Assembly: GCF_009914755.1 (NCBI RefSeq)
Contig: NC_060937.1
Length of the DNA: 64,000 bases
Origin: the human T2T-CHM13v2.0 reference genome, Homo sapiens
Reading direction: 5' to 3' (one strand)
Part shown: positions 13,410-28,500 of the stretch, piece after piece
How the letters are laid out: each line of letters opens with the position of its first letter
Numbering within the stretch: position 1 is the first letter of the stretch
Translations under genes and position numbers: made by a program
Notes under the pieces: model-generated
What the model was told of the DNA's origin: nothing
Seen by the model: the letters and a program-made list of their open reading frames with translations, nothing else
The model's database searches: none

Positions 13410-13710
13410 GACTTGGAGTCAGGGTATTTTTAAAAACTTGTTGGTTTTCATAGTGGAAGAAGGTATAACATATCTGTGGGCTCATGGGATGATACAGTAG
13501 ATACATAAGAAAGTTTATTTGCAGAAGCAACATTCTTGTGTAGGTGAGAAAGCATGGGAGCCACTGAAAAAACAAATGGTTAGCCTTAGAAAGCAGTAGA
13601 GATAGTCATCCATGGAGACGGAAATGAGGTCAGAGTATGTGAGTATACAACTGGAAGGTGGGTAGGGTTGGGGATTATGTGGAAGTTATTTTCTGATTTT
13701 TCCACATTCA
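13410..13710 (-). mobile_element. L2 fragment (part 2, continuation of 8740-9210)
   Basis: Antisense L2 pattern resumes (...ATGGGATGATACAGTAGA...GGTTAGCCTTAGAAAG...); the two L1s appear inserted into one L2. Confidence 0.55.
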
Positions 13711-14158
13711 CATTTAAGAGACTTAATATTGCAAAATGAAACTGTTTACCTCAGATCCCTGTTATCCGTGTGTAGTGTGGTAGCAATATCCTTTCCAAGA
13801 GAAAGTTTATGAACAGAAGCTGTGACCATTTTCCAGGTATAAGATAAAAGCATTGGAAAACCTTCTTAGATAAAAATCTGCCTTTTTCCTAATATTTTTA
13901 GTGGGCAATACAGCTGTTTTCCTTAATATGAACCTATCTGTGCTTCACTGGTAAGTAAGTGAGGAATTGAACACTGATGCTATTCCATAATAATGGTGTA
14001 TATTGAAACAGATTGATAGAGCTTAAAATTGAAAACAGAATTTTAAAAATCTTTGTGTCATTATTTTTTAATTTTCTTCAGGAAACATAACTATGTTCCC
14101 TAAGCTAATGGAACACCTTTGAATTTTCATACTTATGCAAAATTAATAATTACATATT

Positions 14159-14521
14159 TGATATGGTTTGGCTCTGTGTCCCTACCCAAATCTCATGTGG
14201 AATTGTAAATCCCCATGGGTCAAGGGAGTGACCTGGTGGTAGGTGGTTGGATCATGTGGGTGGATTTCCCCCATGTCATTCTTGTGATAGTGAGTGAGTT
14301 CTCATGGGATATGATGGTTTAAACACGTGGCACTTCCCCCCTCACTCACTCTCTCCTGCCGCCTTGTGATGAAGTTGCTTGCTTCCACTTTACCTTCCCC
14401 CATGACTGTAATCTTCCTGAAGCCTCCCCAACCATGTGGAACTGTGAGTCAGTTAAACCTCTTTCTTTATAAATTACCCAGTCTCAGGTAGTTCTTTACA
14501 GCAGTGTGAAAATGGACTAAT
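14159..14521 (+). mobile_element. THE1D-type MaLR solo LTR
   Basis: Begins TGATATGGTTTGGCTCTGTGTCCC and ends TATAAATTACCCAGTCTCAGGTAGTTCTTTACAGCAGTGTGAAAATGGACTAAT (terminal ACA missing). Confidence 0.9.
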
Positions 14522-15214
14522 TTCTTTCTGAAAGAAAATCCTCATTTTTGTAATGTGGAGAGATTATTTTTAATTCATAAATTGTTTATTAAACTACTAA
14601 AAATAATTATTTTTAAAGTAATTTTTCTGGCATATTATTTTTTAAATGAACATATCAGTGCCAATAGGTAGTCTGAGGAAAGGATACAGAAATCCAGAGG
14701 TACTGATAATTATGTTGAGCTGCTCCTGGGTATATTGGAGTCTTCATTTCTCTATGCCAACCACACTGACATAACCTTGCTTAATAAATGGCTACAGACA
14801 CAAAGACACTATATTCTTGCAGCATCAGCCCTCTGCTGACATACCTTATCACTGCAATTTGTCTCACCTTTCGTTGTGTGTACTATCTTTCTGAAGTTTT
14901 ATCTAGTCAACTGCCATAAACTGCTGTTCTAAAACACATTTTTCACATCTAATGAGAAAGGTGATTTTGCAAAAGAAAGTTAATGGCCTCTGTGCTATTG
15001 CCTTCTCTCCCTCAAACCTGCACAGCAGTAGCATCAAATGTCTTGAGATAGATAGAGTTGATATCATGTTTGCTTTGGATACCTTCAGAGCTACAAAGTG
15101 TGACACAGCCTTGGAGAGGAAGGGAAAAAATGTAAGTATTATTTGGAACTCTGGGGAGGATGAAGAACTGAACTCACAACTGGAAATATGTAATAATCTA
15201 CACTTGGCTACTAA

Positions 15215-15679
<465 letters not shown>

Positions 15680-17065
15680 TAAACCTCTTGCTTTAGCTCC
15701 TTGAGAGACAAGATGGACAGGCAGAGATGTTGTAGTGGACTCACCGCTACTTCCTGAGTGTGGAAACAGAAAAGAACACAGCCTAAGTGAAGGACATCCT
15801 TCCCCTCTCATACTGCATCTTTGGTGAGTGGTCTCTGAGGTTTGGCCACAGGACTCTTTCCTTACTTTTAGAGGCAATCCCATCATCAAGTTCTTTTCAC
15901 CTCTGATGCTTTTATGGTTCATGTTCACTTTCTCAGGCAAGGTTAAGGAGGAAACGTGGTCACTTGTTCAGAAAGCTTTTTTGTTCTTTTTTTCTCTGTG
16001 GATATGCCAGAACCATTGTGACAGGATTCAGCAATGGCAGCTGACGATGCCCGGCTGCCCCCTGCTCTTTTTTGCATCCCTACCTTTCTACCTGCTGATG
16101 CTGCTGGAGCCAACTTGGCTGTGAGGTCCTCAGGAAACGCCCATGGGAATCCCTGCAGGGGCCCCATCTGTTCACCCGCCTCTTGGGAAGACCCAGCCGC
16201 ACACCCCTTCGTCTCAACACCATCTGCAATCCACGGGCATAGCACAGGGTCCAGGCTCACTTTGCTCTTGCTCTGAGAATTCCTCGGTGACATGTTGCAC
16301 TGTAGCCTTCGCCTTACATGCTTTATCTTAATGCCTTGATTCTCTCTCTGTCACTTATCTTTAATATTCTGACTAATTTAGAAAAAATCATGGCTTTATT
16401 TGGCCTTTAGAGTGTCCCCAAGGATTATTCAAACAGTGAACGACTCCTCTCACGAGCCAGGAAAGTAGATATTGGAGTGTGGATTATATTCTGGAAGCAC
16501 ATCATTTCCCGGAGAACTTGACATCACTGTTTTTCAGATTTGAGTGTTTGTCTACCAGGTTTAATTTTTTAAAAGAAATTCTACTTGGGAGAGCATGCTT
16601 GACCTTAAAGCATGACTTTACTTGTTATGAGAAGAATAGGGGATTTTTTTTCTAAGTTTCATTAAATGATAGAATCTTGAATGGATATCTGTGTGAATCC
16701 AGTGGGACAATTTAAGGAGGGTTTTCAATACTTGAAAAATTGTAATAGACTGCGTGAGTAAATCTGGCCAATTGCTGTACCGATGGGCTCCCTCTAAAAG
16801 GCTCTGTGAAAGACATTCTTCTCTCAGGCTCAGGGAGAGTCATTGGCTACCTGAGTTTTCACCCATTTTGCCATCACTCAACAGCAAAGATTTCTGCCTA
16901 TAGAAAGTAAGGATCCAAGTATTTAGTCAGAAGATAAAAAAGGAATACAAACATATGTTAAATAAAATCTCATAAGATATTTGGGAACATTTAGGGTAAA
17001 GGTAGATAAAATAATTAAAAAAATACTTCAATGTTTTGGAAATGACTATAATTTTAAACATGTAT

Positions 17066-17191
17066 AACTATTGGGTACTGGGTTTAATACCTGGGTGATG
17101 AAATAATTTGTACAACAAACACCCATGACACATGTTTACCTATGTAACAGACTTTCACATGTACCCTTGAACCTAAAATAAAAGTTAAAAA
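17066..17191 (+). mobile_element. Short L1PA15-17/L1PB-type 3'-terminal fragment
   Basis: AACTATTGGGTACTGGGTTTAATACCTGGGTGATGAAATAATTTGTACAACAAAC...GAACCTAAAATAAAAGTTAAAAA. Confidence 0.85.
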
Positions 17192-17895
17192 TGTGATGTA
17201 ACAAAATATAGTGTAAACTACAGAGCATTTTACTTCAAGGCATTTCTCTTCCTCCAAAGATGAAAGTTACCCGAACGGGGCAAAGGCCCGGTGATTCTCT
17301 TAGGGTGGTACCTGCTATCCCCTGACCTGCTTTTCTAGGCTATTGTTAATGTTCTTTCAACTTAAGCTTCTTGGCTGTCTCGGTTTGGTGAGTTTGCTTC
17401 CATCCTTTCGTATTCATTGAGATCGCGCATTACATTAGTGATTTGGTGGCTCCACATATGAAGGTCAGAGAGTAATTAATCAGAAATTGCTTACTTCTTG
17501 GGAAACTGCATCCTGCTTCCCAAATGCCTACTACATATTCCGTTTGAGTGTCATGCAGATGTCACAAGCTCACTCTGCTTCTAGAGGAAAAAAGTAGTCT
17601 TCAGTTTCTTACATAACATTTGTCAATAATTTCTATGATTCTGAGTTGTTCTGTAGCTCAGGAAGCACCATGGTTCAACCTCAATATTTTGGAACTTTGA
17701 AGTTTCTGTTAGTCGTGTTTGTTTCATGTTTGGCTACCTAGTTTTCATGTATTTTGCCATCGCCAGGCAGTACTTGCATAATGTGGAGAGCTAGTGTGGA
17801 GTTAGCCAGGAATCATCCCGGGGCTAGGTGGGGGTTAGGCAGGGGTTAGATAGGGGGCTTGTTGGAGGCCTAACTTTTGCTGCATGTTTTACCAT

Positions 17896-18446
17896 TGAGA
17901 GGTGAAGCCAGCTGGGCTTCTGGGTTGGGTGGAGACTTGGATAACTTTTCTGTCTAGCTAAAGGATTGTAAACACACCAATCAGTGCTCTGTGTCTAGCT
18001 AAAAGTTTGTAAATGCACCATTCAACACTGTAAAAACGGACCAATCAGCACTCTGTAAAATGGACCAATCAGCAGGATGTGGGCGGGGCAGTGTAAGGGA
18101 ATAAAAGCTGGGCCAACTGAGCCAGCAGCGGCAACCGACTCTGGTCCACTTTAAGCTTTGTTCTCTGGCTCTTCACCGTAAATCTTGCTGCTGCTCACTG
18201 TTTGGGTCTGCAGTACCTTTAAGAGCTGTAACACTCACTGCCAAGGTCTGCAGCTTCATTCCTGAAGTCAAGCGAGATCATGAACGCACCAGAAGGAAGA
18301 AACTCCGGACACATATGAACATCTGAAGGAACAAACTCAGGACACACCATCTTTAAGAAGAGTAACACTCACCGCAAGGGTCTGTGGCTTTATTCTTGAA
18401 GTCAGTGAGACCAAGAACCCACCGGACGGAACCAATTCCGAACACA
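17896..18446 (+). mobile_element. LTR12F-type (ERV9/HERV9) solo LTR
   Basis: TGAGAGGTGAAGCCAGCTGGGCTTCTGGG...GAGACCAAGAACCCACC...AATTCCGAACACA; repeated CCAATCAG; perfect 4-bp TSD CCAT (17892-17895 / 18447-18450). Confidence 0.93.
17975..18110 (+). promoter_or_regulatory. LTR12 U3 promoter: NF-Y boxes, GC box, TATA-like element
   Basis: CCAAT at 17977, 18041 and 18065; GGGCGGGG at 18081; AATAAAA TATA-like element at 18100. Activity is not shown by sequence. Confidence 0.6.
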
Positions 18447-18524
18447 CCATGATGTGATGCAGAGTTGGGAGCAGCGGTTTTGGAGTGAACCAGCCCTGGG
18501 TTCAAGTTATGTTCTAGCAATTTC

Positions 18525-19222
18525 TTAGGTCTGATTCCTTAGAAGTAGGCCCTGTCTTGACAACTCATGAGCAAGTGATTTTGAGGAATTCCTTCTAGAA
18601 AAACCACTAAGGGAGTCAGTGGAAAGGGAGGGGGAAAGGCAATTTCTGTTGTGAGCTCAGGTGAATTCCCAGCCCCACCTTACTCCACAGAGAGTTCTGA
18701 AGTACAACTTATACCTCAGAGTTTGCCTCACCTTAAAACAAGGGGCAGTGATTATCTTGTTTCACTTAAGATACATTCTGGAGAAGGTGTAATTTTCTGG
18801 GTACCTTCATTTTCTGTAAATGTAGGTGGCTCCTATCAAACACACCCATGGAAGAAAGTGCCAGGTGCCAGCTATCAAAAGCAAGGCACCCAAAAGAAGG
18901 GGGAAGAATGGGCATGTAAGTGCGCATGGCATGCATACACACACCATGCAAACACACATGCACAAACATACAGAGACATGCACACATGTACAGATACCAC
19001 ACGCATGCACATATGTACATGCACACACAGAGACATGCATACATGCACACCTTGCACACCCACAGCTATGCACACAAGCATGCCATGCACACTATGCACA
19101 TGCACACACACACATGCAGATCACACAAACACGTGCATACGATGCACATGTGTACACACTGATGTCCAATGATACAAAGGATCTGAGGGCATCTGGCCAG
19201 AGCATTGTAGTGTCTACTACAA
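18525..19222 (-). mobile_element. Old ERVL LTR (LTR33/LTR16-like), interrupted by a CA-rich tract
   Basis: Ends GGATCTGAGGGCATCTGGCCAGAGCATTGTAGTGTCTACTACA, resembling the antisense LTR33 terminus; degenerate. Confidence 0.45.
18925..19165. repeat. Degenerate (CA)n/(CACATG)n purine-pyrimidine tract
   Basis: Continuous CACACA/CATGCACA units; source of the His/Thr/Cys-rich spurious ORFs in all frames. Confidence 0.9.
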
Positions 19223-20847
19223 CCAGTTAGTAGCTGTCATATTGGGGCATAGTTATTTAATTCATTCAGATTGCAATTCAAATCAAATATAAAAGCACAT
19301 ATCACTGTGCCTGGCACAGAGTTGCAATTCAGTAAATGATAGCTTTTATTAATACTGTTACCAAAAAAAGCCTTATTTCTGTCTTTTCCTTCTGCCTTCC
19401 TTGTTATATTCTTTCCCTCATTACTTCCTCCCCAGGCTTTCTTTAGTTTTTTTTTTTTTTTCGGATCCATCCATTCCTTCGTATTTCCACAGGCTCATTC
19501 CAAGGTACATTCTTGAAATCCTACCAGGAGCCTCCAGGACCTTCCTAACTCATCTCCATGCGCCTAATACATGCTTTTCTAATCCATGTTGTACAATGCC
19601 TCGTGGCTAATTTGTATGCCTGTAATCACCCATCCCTGTAATCAATCCCTGCATTAATTTTCCAGGTCACACAGTCCTCCTACATCCCTTGGTCTTGGAA
19701 ATCAAGTATTTCTCTAGCATTAAAAATGGCCGAATTGAGTATTTCAACATTTCAGCCCCAATTTTCTCTGATGCTAAATTGGTTTTGATCTTTTGAAGAG
19801 ACCCCGTGATTGTTGGTGTCCAAGACTAAATGCCTCCTTTGGCTTCCCCTCTATTCTTTTACCTCCCAACCCTCCATTTTTAGTCTAGGGGCCTGTTTCG
19901 AAAAACCAGGTCCATATCTGGAGGCCCTGCATCCTGCAGAATGGTTCTACTGAGTCACCTCTGCAGTGGCAGTGTGAATGTGGGATCCCATTAAAGGAAC
20001 ATCCCGGGGGATGTCAGCAATTTTCAGTCGTGATTTATGCACTGCTCTGCTTCATCCAGTAACGCCATTCCTCACCCAAATTCTTCAACTTCCTGTACCA
20101 GCCTCACAGCTCCTTCCTCTGGATCTGATTGCCTTGCCAATTTGGCTTAAGTCACATTTTCTTCACTTACTTATCAATAAATTCAGTGTGTTTTCAGACT
20201 GTTGTAGCTGAAATGCATGTGTGTGATTGGTGAGTACTCATGATCTTCTTAAATGGAGGACCCTCCAGCTGGCCTACAGGACCTTAACAGGCAGGGCCAA
20301 GAAGTGAAATGATTACCGCATCCTGCTTGCCTCTGTATACACAATACCCACCATCCTCCCTGTGCTTAGGACGGTTTGAAAATGCCTTTGAAAATTAAAA
20401 CTGCAATTTAGTGTGAAAAAATGAGCATAACTCTATTTCCCTTTACCAATCCACAGTCCTTCTTGCCTGCCAGGATAGACCAATGTTGTGTCCCCAGTTT
20501 TTAGCACAGAGCCCAGATGGCACATGTTGGGATCTCAGTACATGTTTATCCTTGAATGGATGAGTTTTTTTTTTTTTTTCCCCACAGCCTAATCGCTTAA
20601 CTTTACAGAATGCTAGGCCATCTACCTCTTTTTTTTTTTTTTAATTATACTTTAAGTTTTAGGGTACATGTGCACAATGTGCAGGTTAGTTACATATGTA
20701 TACATGTGCCATGCTGGTGTGCTGCACCCATTAACTCGTCATTTAGCATTAGGTATATCTCCTAAGGCTATCCTGCCCCCTCCCCCCACCCCACAACAGT
20801 CCCCAGAGTGTGATGTTCCCCTTCCTGTGTCCATGAGTTCTCATTGT

Positions 20848-24672
<3,825 letters not shown>

Positions 24673-24735
24673 TGTGATGTTAGCTGGTTATTTTGCTCGT
24701 TAGTTGATGCAGTTTCTTCCTAGCCTCGATGGTCT

Positions 24736-25752
24736 TTACAATTTGGCATGATTTTGCAGTGGCTGGTACCGGTTGTTCCTTTCCATGTTTAGTGCTTCCT
24801 TCAGGAGCTCTTTTAGGGCAGGCCTGGTGGTGACAAAATCTCTCAGCATTTGCTTGTCTGTAAAGGATTTTATTTCTCCTTCACTTATGAAGCTTAGTTT
24901 GGCTGGATATGAAATTCTGGGTTGAAAATTCTTTTCTTTAAGAATGTTGAGTATTGGCCCCCACTCTCTTCTGGCTTGTAGGGTTTCTGCCGAGAGATCC
25001 GCTGTTAGTCTGATGGGCTTCCCTTTGTGGGTAACCCGACCTTTCACTCTGGCTGCCCTTAACATTTTTTCCTTCATTTCAACTCTGTTGAATCTGACAA
25101 TTATGTGTCTTGGAGTTGCTCTTCTCAAGGAGTATCTTTGTGGCATTATCTGTATTTCCTGAATCTGAATGTTTGCCTGCCTTGCTAGATTGAGGAAGTT
25201 GTCCTGGATAATATCCTGCAGAGTGTTTTCCAACTTGGTTCCATTCTCCCCGTCACTTTCAGGTACACCAATCAGACGTAGATTTGGTCTTTTCACATAG
25301 TCTCATATTTCTTGGAGGCTTTGTTCGTTTCTTTTTATGCTTTTTTCTCTAAACTTCCCTTCTCGCTTCATTTCATTCATTTCATCTTCCATCACTGATA
25401 CCCTTTCTTCCAGTTGATTGCATTGGCTCCTGAGGCTTCTGCATTCTTCACGTAGTTCTCGAGCCTTGGCTTTCAGCTCCATCAGCTCTTTTAAGCACTT
25501 CTCTATATTGGTTATTCTAGTTATACATTCGTCTAAATTTTTTTCAAAGTTTTTAACTTCTTTGCCTTTGGTTTGAATTTCCTCCTGTAGCTCGGAGTAG
25601 TTTGATCGCCTGAAGCCTTCTTCTCTCAACTAGTCAAAGTCATTCTCCGTCCAGCTTTGTTCTGTTGCTGGTGAGGAACTGCATTCCTTTGGAGGGGGAG
25701 AGGCGCTCTGCTTTTTAGAGTTTCCAGTTTTTCTGCTCTGTTTTTTCCCCAT
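24736..25752 (-). pseudogene. L1 ORF1 (RNA-binding protein), 338-codon frame with two nonsense codons
   Basis: ATG GGG AAA AAA CAG at 25752; TAG at codon 41 (25632-25630); TGA at codon 150 (25305-25303); ends ...NHAKL at 24736; no frameshift. Confidence 0.92.
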
Positions 25753-26335
25753 CTTTGTGGTTTTATATACTTTTGGTCTTTGATGATGCTGATGTACAGT
25801 TGGGTTTTTGGTGTGGATGTCCTTTCTGTTTGTTAGTTTTCCTTCTAACAGACAGGACCCTCAGCTGCAGGTCTGTTGGAGTTTGCTAGAGGTCCACTCC
25901 AGACCCTGTTTGCCTGGTTATCAGCAGCAGTGGCTGCAGAACAGCAGATTTTTGTGAACCTTGAATGCTGCTGTCTGATCGTTCCTCTGGAAGTTTTGTC
26001 TCAGAGGAGTACCCGGCCATGTGAGGTGTCAGTCTGCCCCTACTGGGGGTTGCCTCCCAGTTAGGCTGCTCGGGGGTCAGGGGTCAGGGACCCACTTGAG
26101 GAGGCAGTCTGCCCGTTCTCAGATCTCCAGCTGCGTGCTGGGAGAATCACTGCTCTCTTCAAAGCTGTCAGAGAGGGACATTTAAGTCTGCAGAGGTTAC
26201 TGCTGTCTTTTTGTTTGTCTGTGCCCTGTCCCCAGAGGTAGGGCCTACAGAGGCAGGCAGGCCTCCTTGAGCTGTGGTGGGCTCCACCCAGTTTGAGCTT
26301 CCTGGCTGCTTTGTTTACCTAAGCAAGCCTGGGCA

Positions 26336-26410
26336 ATGGCAGGCACCCCTCCCCCAGCCTCGCTGCTGCCTTGCAGTTTGATCTCAGACTGCTGTGCTAG
26401 CAATCAGTGA
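26336..26410 (+). pseudogene. L1 ORF0 (antisense ORF), truncated at codon 25
   Basis: ATG GCA GGC ACC CCT CCC CCA GCC TCG... = MAGTPPPASLLPCSLISDCCASNQ*; CGA>TGA at 26408-26410. Confidence 0.8.
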
Positions 26411-28319
26411 GATTCCATTGGCGTAGGACCCTCCGAGCCAGGTGCAGGATATAATCTCCTGGTGTGCTGTTCTTTAAGCCCATCGGAAAAGTGCAGTATT
26501 AGGGTAGGAGTGACCCGATTTTCCAGGTGCTGTCTGTTACCCCTTTCTTTGACTAGGAAAGGGAACTCCCTGACCCCTTGCACTTCCCGAGTGAGGCAAT
26601 GCCTCGCCCCGCTTCGGCTCGTGCACGGTGCGCTGCACCCACTGTCCTGCGCCCGCTGTCTGGCACTCCCTAGTGAGATGAACCCGGAACCTCAGGTGGA
26701 AATGCAGAAATCACCCGTCTTCTGTGTCGCTCACACTGGGAGCTGTATACTGGAGCTGTTCCTATTCGGCCTTCTTGGCTCTCTCCCCGGCCACCTACAT
26801 CTTAATTCTTCTGCTGAAAATCACTTAGCTCAGCCACCATTTAACTGGACTGCTCTGTTTCGGTTACTAGAGTATTTTCAGAACATATCTTGTGTACTTG
26901 AGATAAGCATCTTCCTTAGCTGAAATTTACCTTTGGGTCAGCTTTTAGGGGTCTTAGGTTTTAATGAACTCTTGACCTCATAAAGTCAGTAAGATTCTGG
27001 AAACTGGCCCCGTTTGATGTGTTTACAGATCACAACAGCCCTCTGAACCCAGTCGCTCTTAGTTTTATTTTGCACGTGCTTTCTGCTTTGTTAGTCACTT
27101 TTACTCACCAAACTTCACTGTAGCCAAATGTCTTTAAACACAACTACTTATACATGCTGCATACTTCCACCTCCACAGTAGACCTTGTACTTTATTAATA
27201 TATAAGGTTTTTATGTTCCCAGTACAGATAAAGCACTTCACATTTTTTTCCAAGGGTCATATAACATTTTGTTTTCTCTGTGAAACAGTCCCTCACCCCT
27301 GAAGTTGAAGTACAATGATATTTTCTTCCTCTACCCTGCAATTTTACCTTGTTTAACAGCATTAAATTTTACCCTGTGTAGTTCTTCTTTCTTCATTGAT
27401 TCTTATCATTTTCTTTCTTGAGAGCAGGAACCGTGAAGTTTTTTGTTTCTTTGTTGGATCACTCACTTGCTTTGGTGAGTGCTGGTAAATATCAGTGAGT
27501 TAATGAATAAATTAATGAATGATCCTCCAAGTAGTCTAGATATACAAAATATGAGAAAGATATGAAATTTTTAATAGTAGAGCTAATAATAAAGTTCTTG
27601 AATTAAGGGGAAAGTAGTTTTGAAATAAAAATTGTAAAGATAAATAGACCATTATCCATTTTGGTTACCTTATGTTGCAGATTTTAAAATTTTGGCTGGA
27701 TCACCAAGAATGATGAATTTACATAGTGAGGTGTGTCATGATATCAGATGGCTTAGCTGGCAAAGCAGATTCAGGACAGGGAGATCAATACCATTATTGG
27801 TGTAAATGAAATAGGTTTATATTCTTCACTTAAGATTCTCCCACCTGTATGATTTTGCCCTTTTTTGGCTTCTTTGTAGAATTCAGCCTGGTTAAAATGG
27901 ACTACTGAGTTTTATTCTATTCTTTGCCTAACAAATCCAATAGCCATTGTGCTTATTTCAGGACAAACTTAAATTGTCAATTTATGAGCAATAGTAGAGA
28001 TATAGGTTTCAATCTCAGTAGAGCATACAGAACTCAGACAAGACAAGGCTGCTGCTGGTGTTCTTGACACACTGATGATCTGCAGGGTTTTGTTTTGTTT
28101 TTTTAAAAGTCTGGTTTCTTGACGTATACAACAGCTCACTACACTAATTTGAGATTTAGTTAAATATTATTACTTCAAATCTTCCTATTTTTATCTATGC
28201 TATCCTAATTTTATAATTTTCTTTTTTGCTTAATTATTGCATGGTTTAATTATTTAAACATCTTTGTGAATTTTGGTCTCATTTTAGATTTACAAAATCT
28301 TTCTTACTCATTGCTTCAA

Positions 28320-28500
28320 ATATCAATTAGCTATTTCCGCAATAATACTGTATAGCATCTATCCCACTCTGAATGACTTAAGGCAACCAAAACTTATCCT
28401 ATGATCACGAGTCTGCAGGTTGACTATGGTTCAGTTGATCATGTCTGTGATCTGCTGAATGGCTCCACTGCAGGTTACAGGTCAAATGCACATGACACCT
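28320..28500 (-). mobile_element. Ancient MLT1 (J/K-like) LTR fragment
   Basis: TTAGCTATTTCCGCAATAATACTG...GACTTAAGGCAACC...CACGAGTCTGCAGGTTGACT resembles an antisense MLT1 terminus. Confidence 0.45.

Noticed and set aside
18651-19230. His/Cys/Thr-rich ORFs resembling metal-binding proteins
   Set aside because: Artefact of the CA/CATG repeat, open in all six frames.
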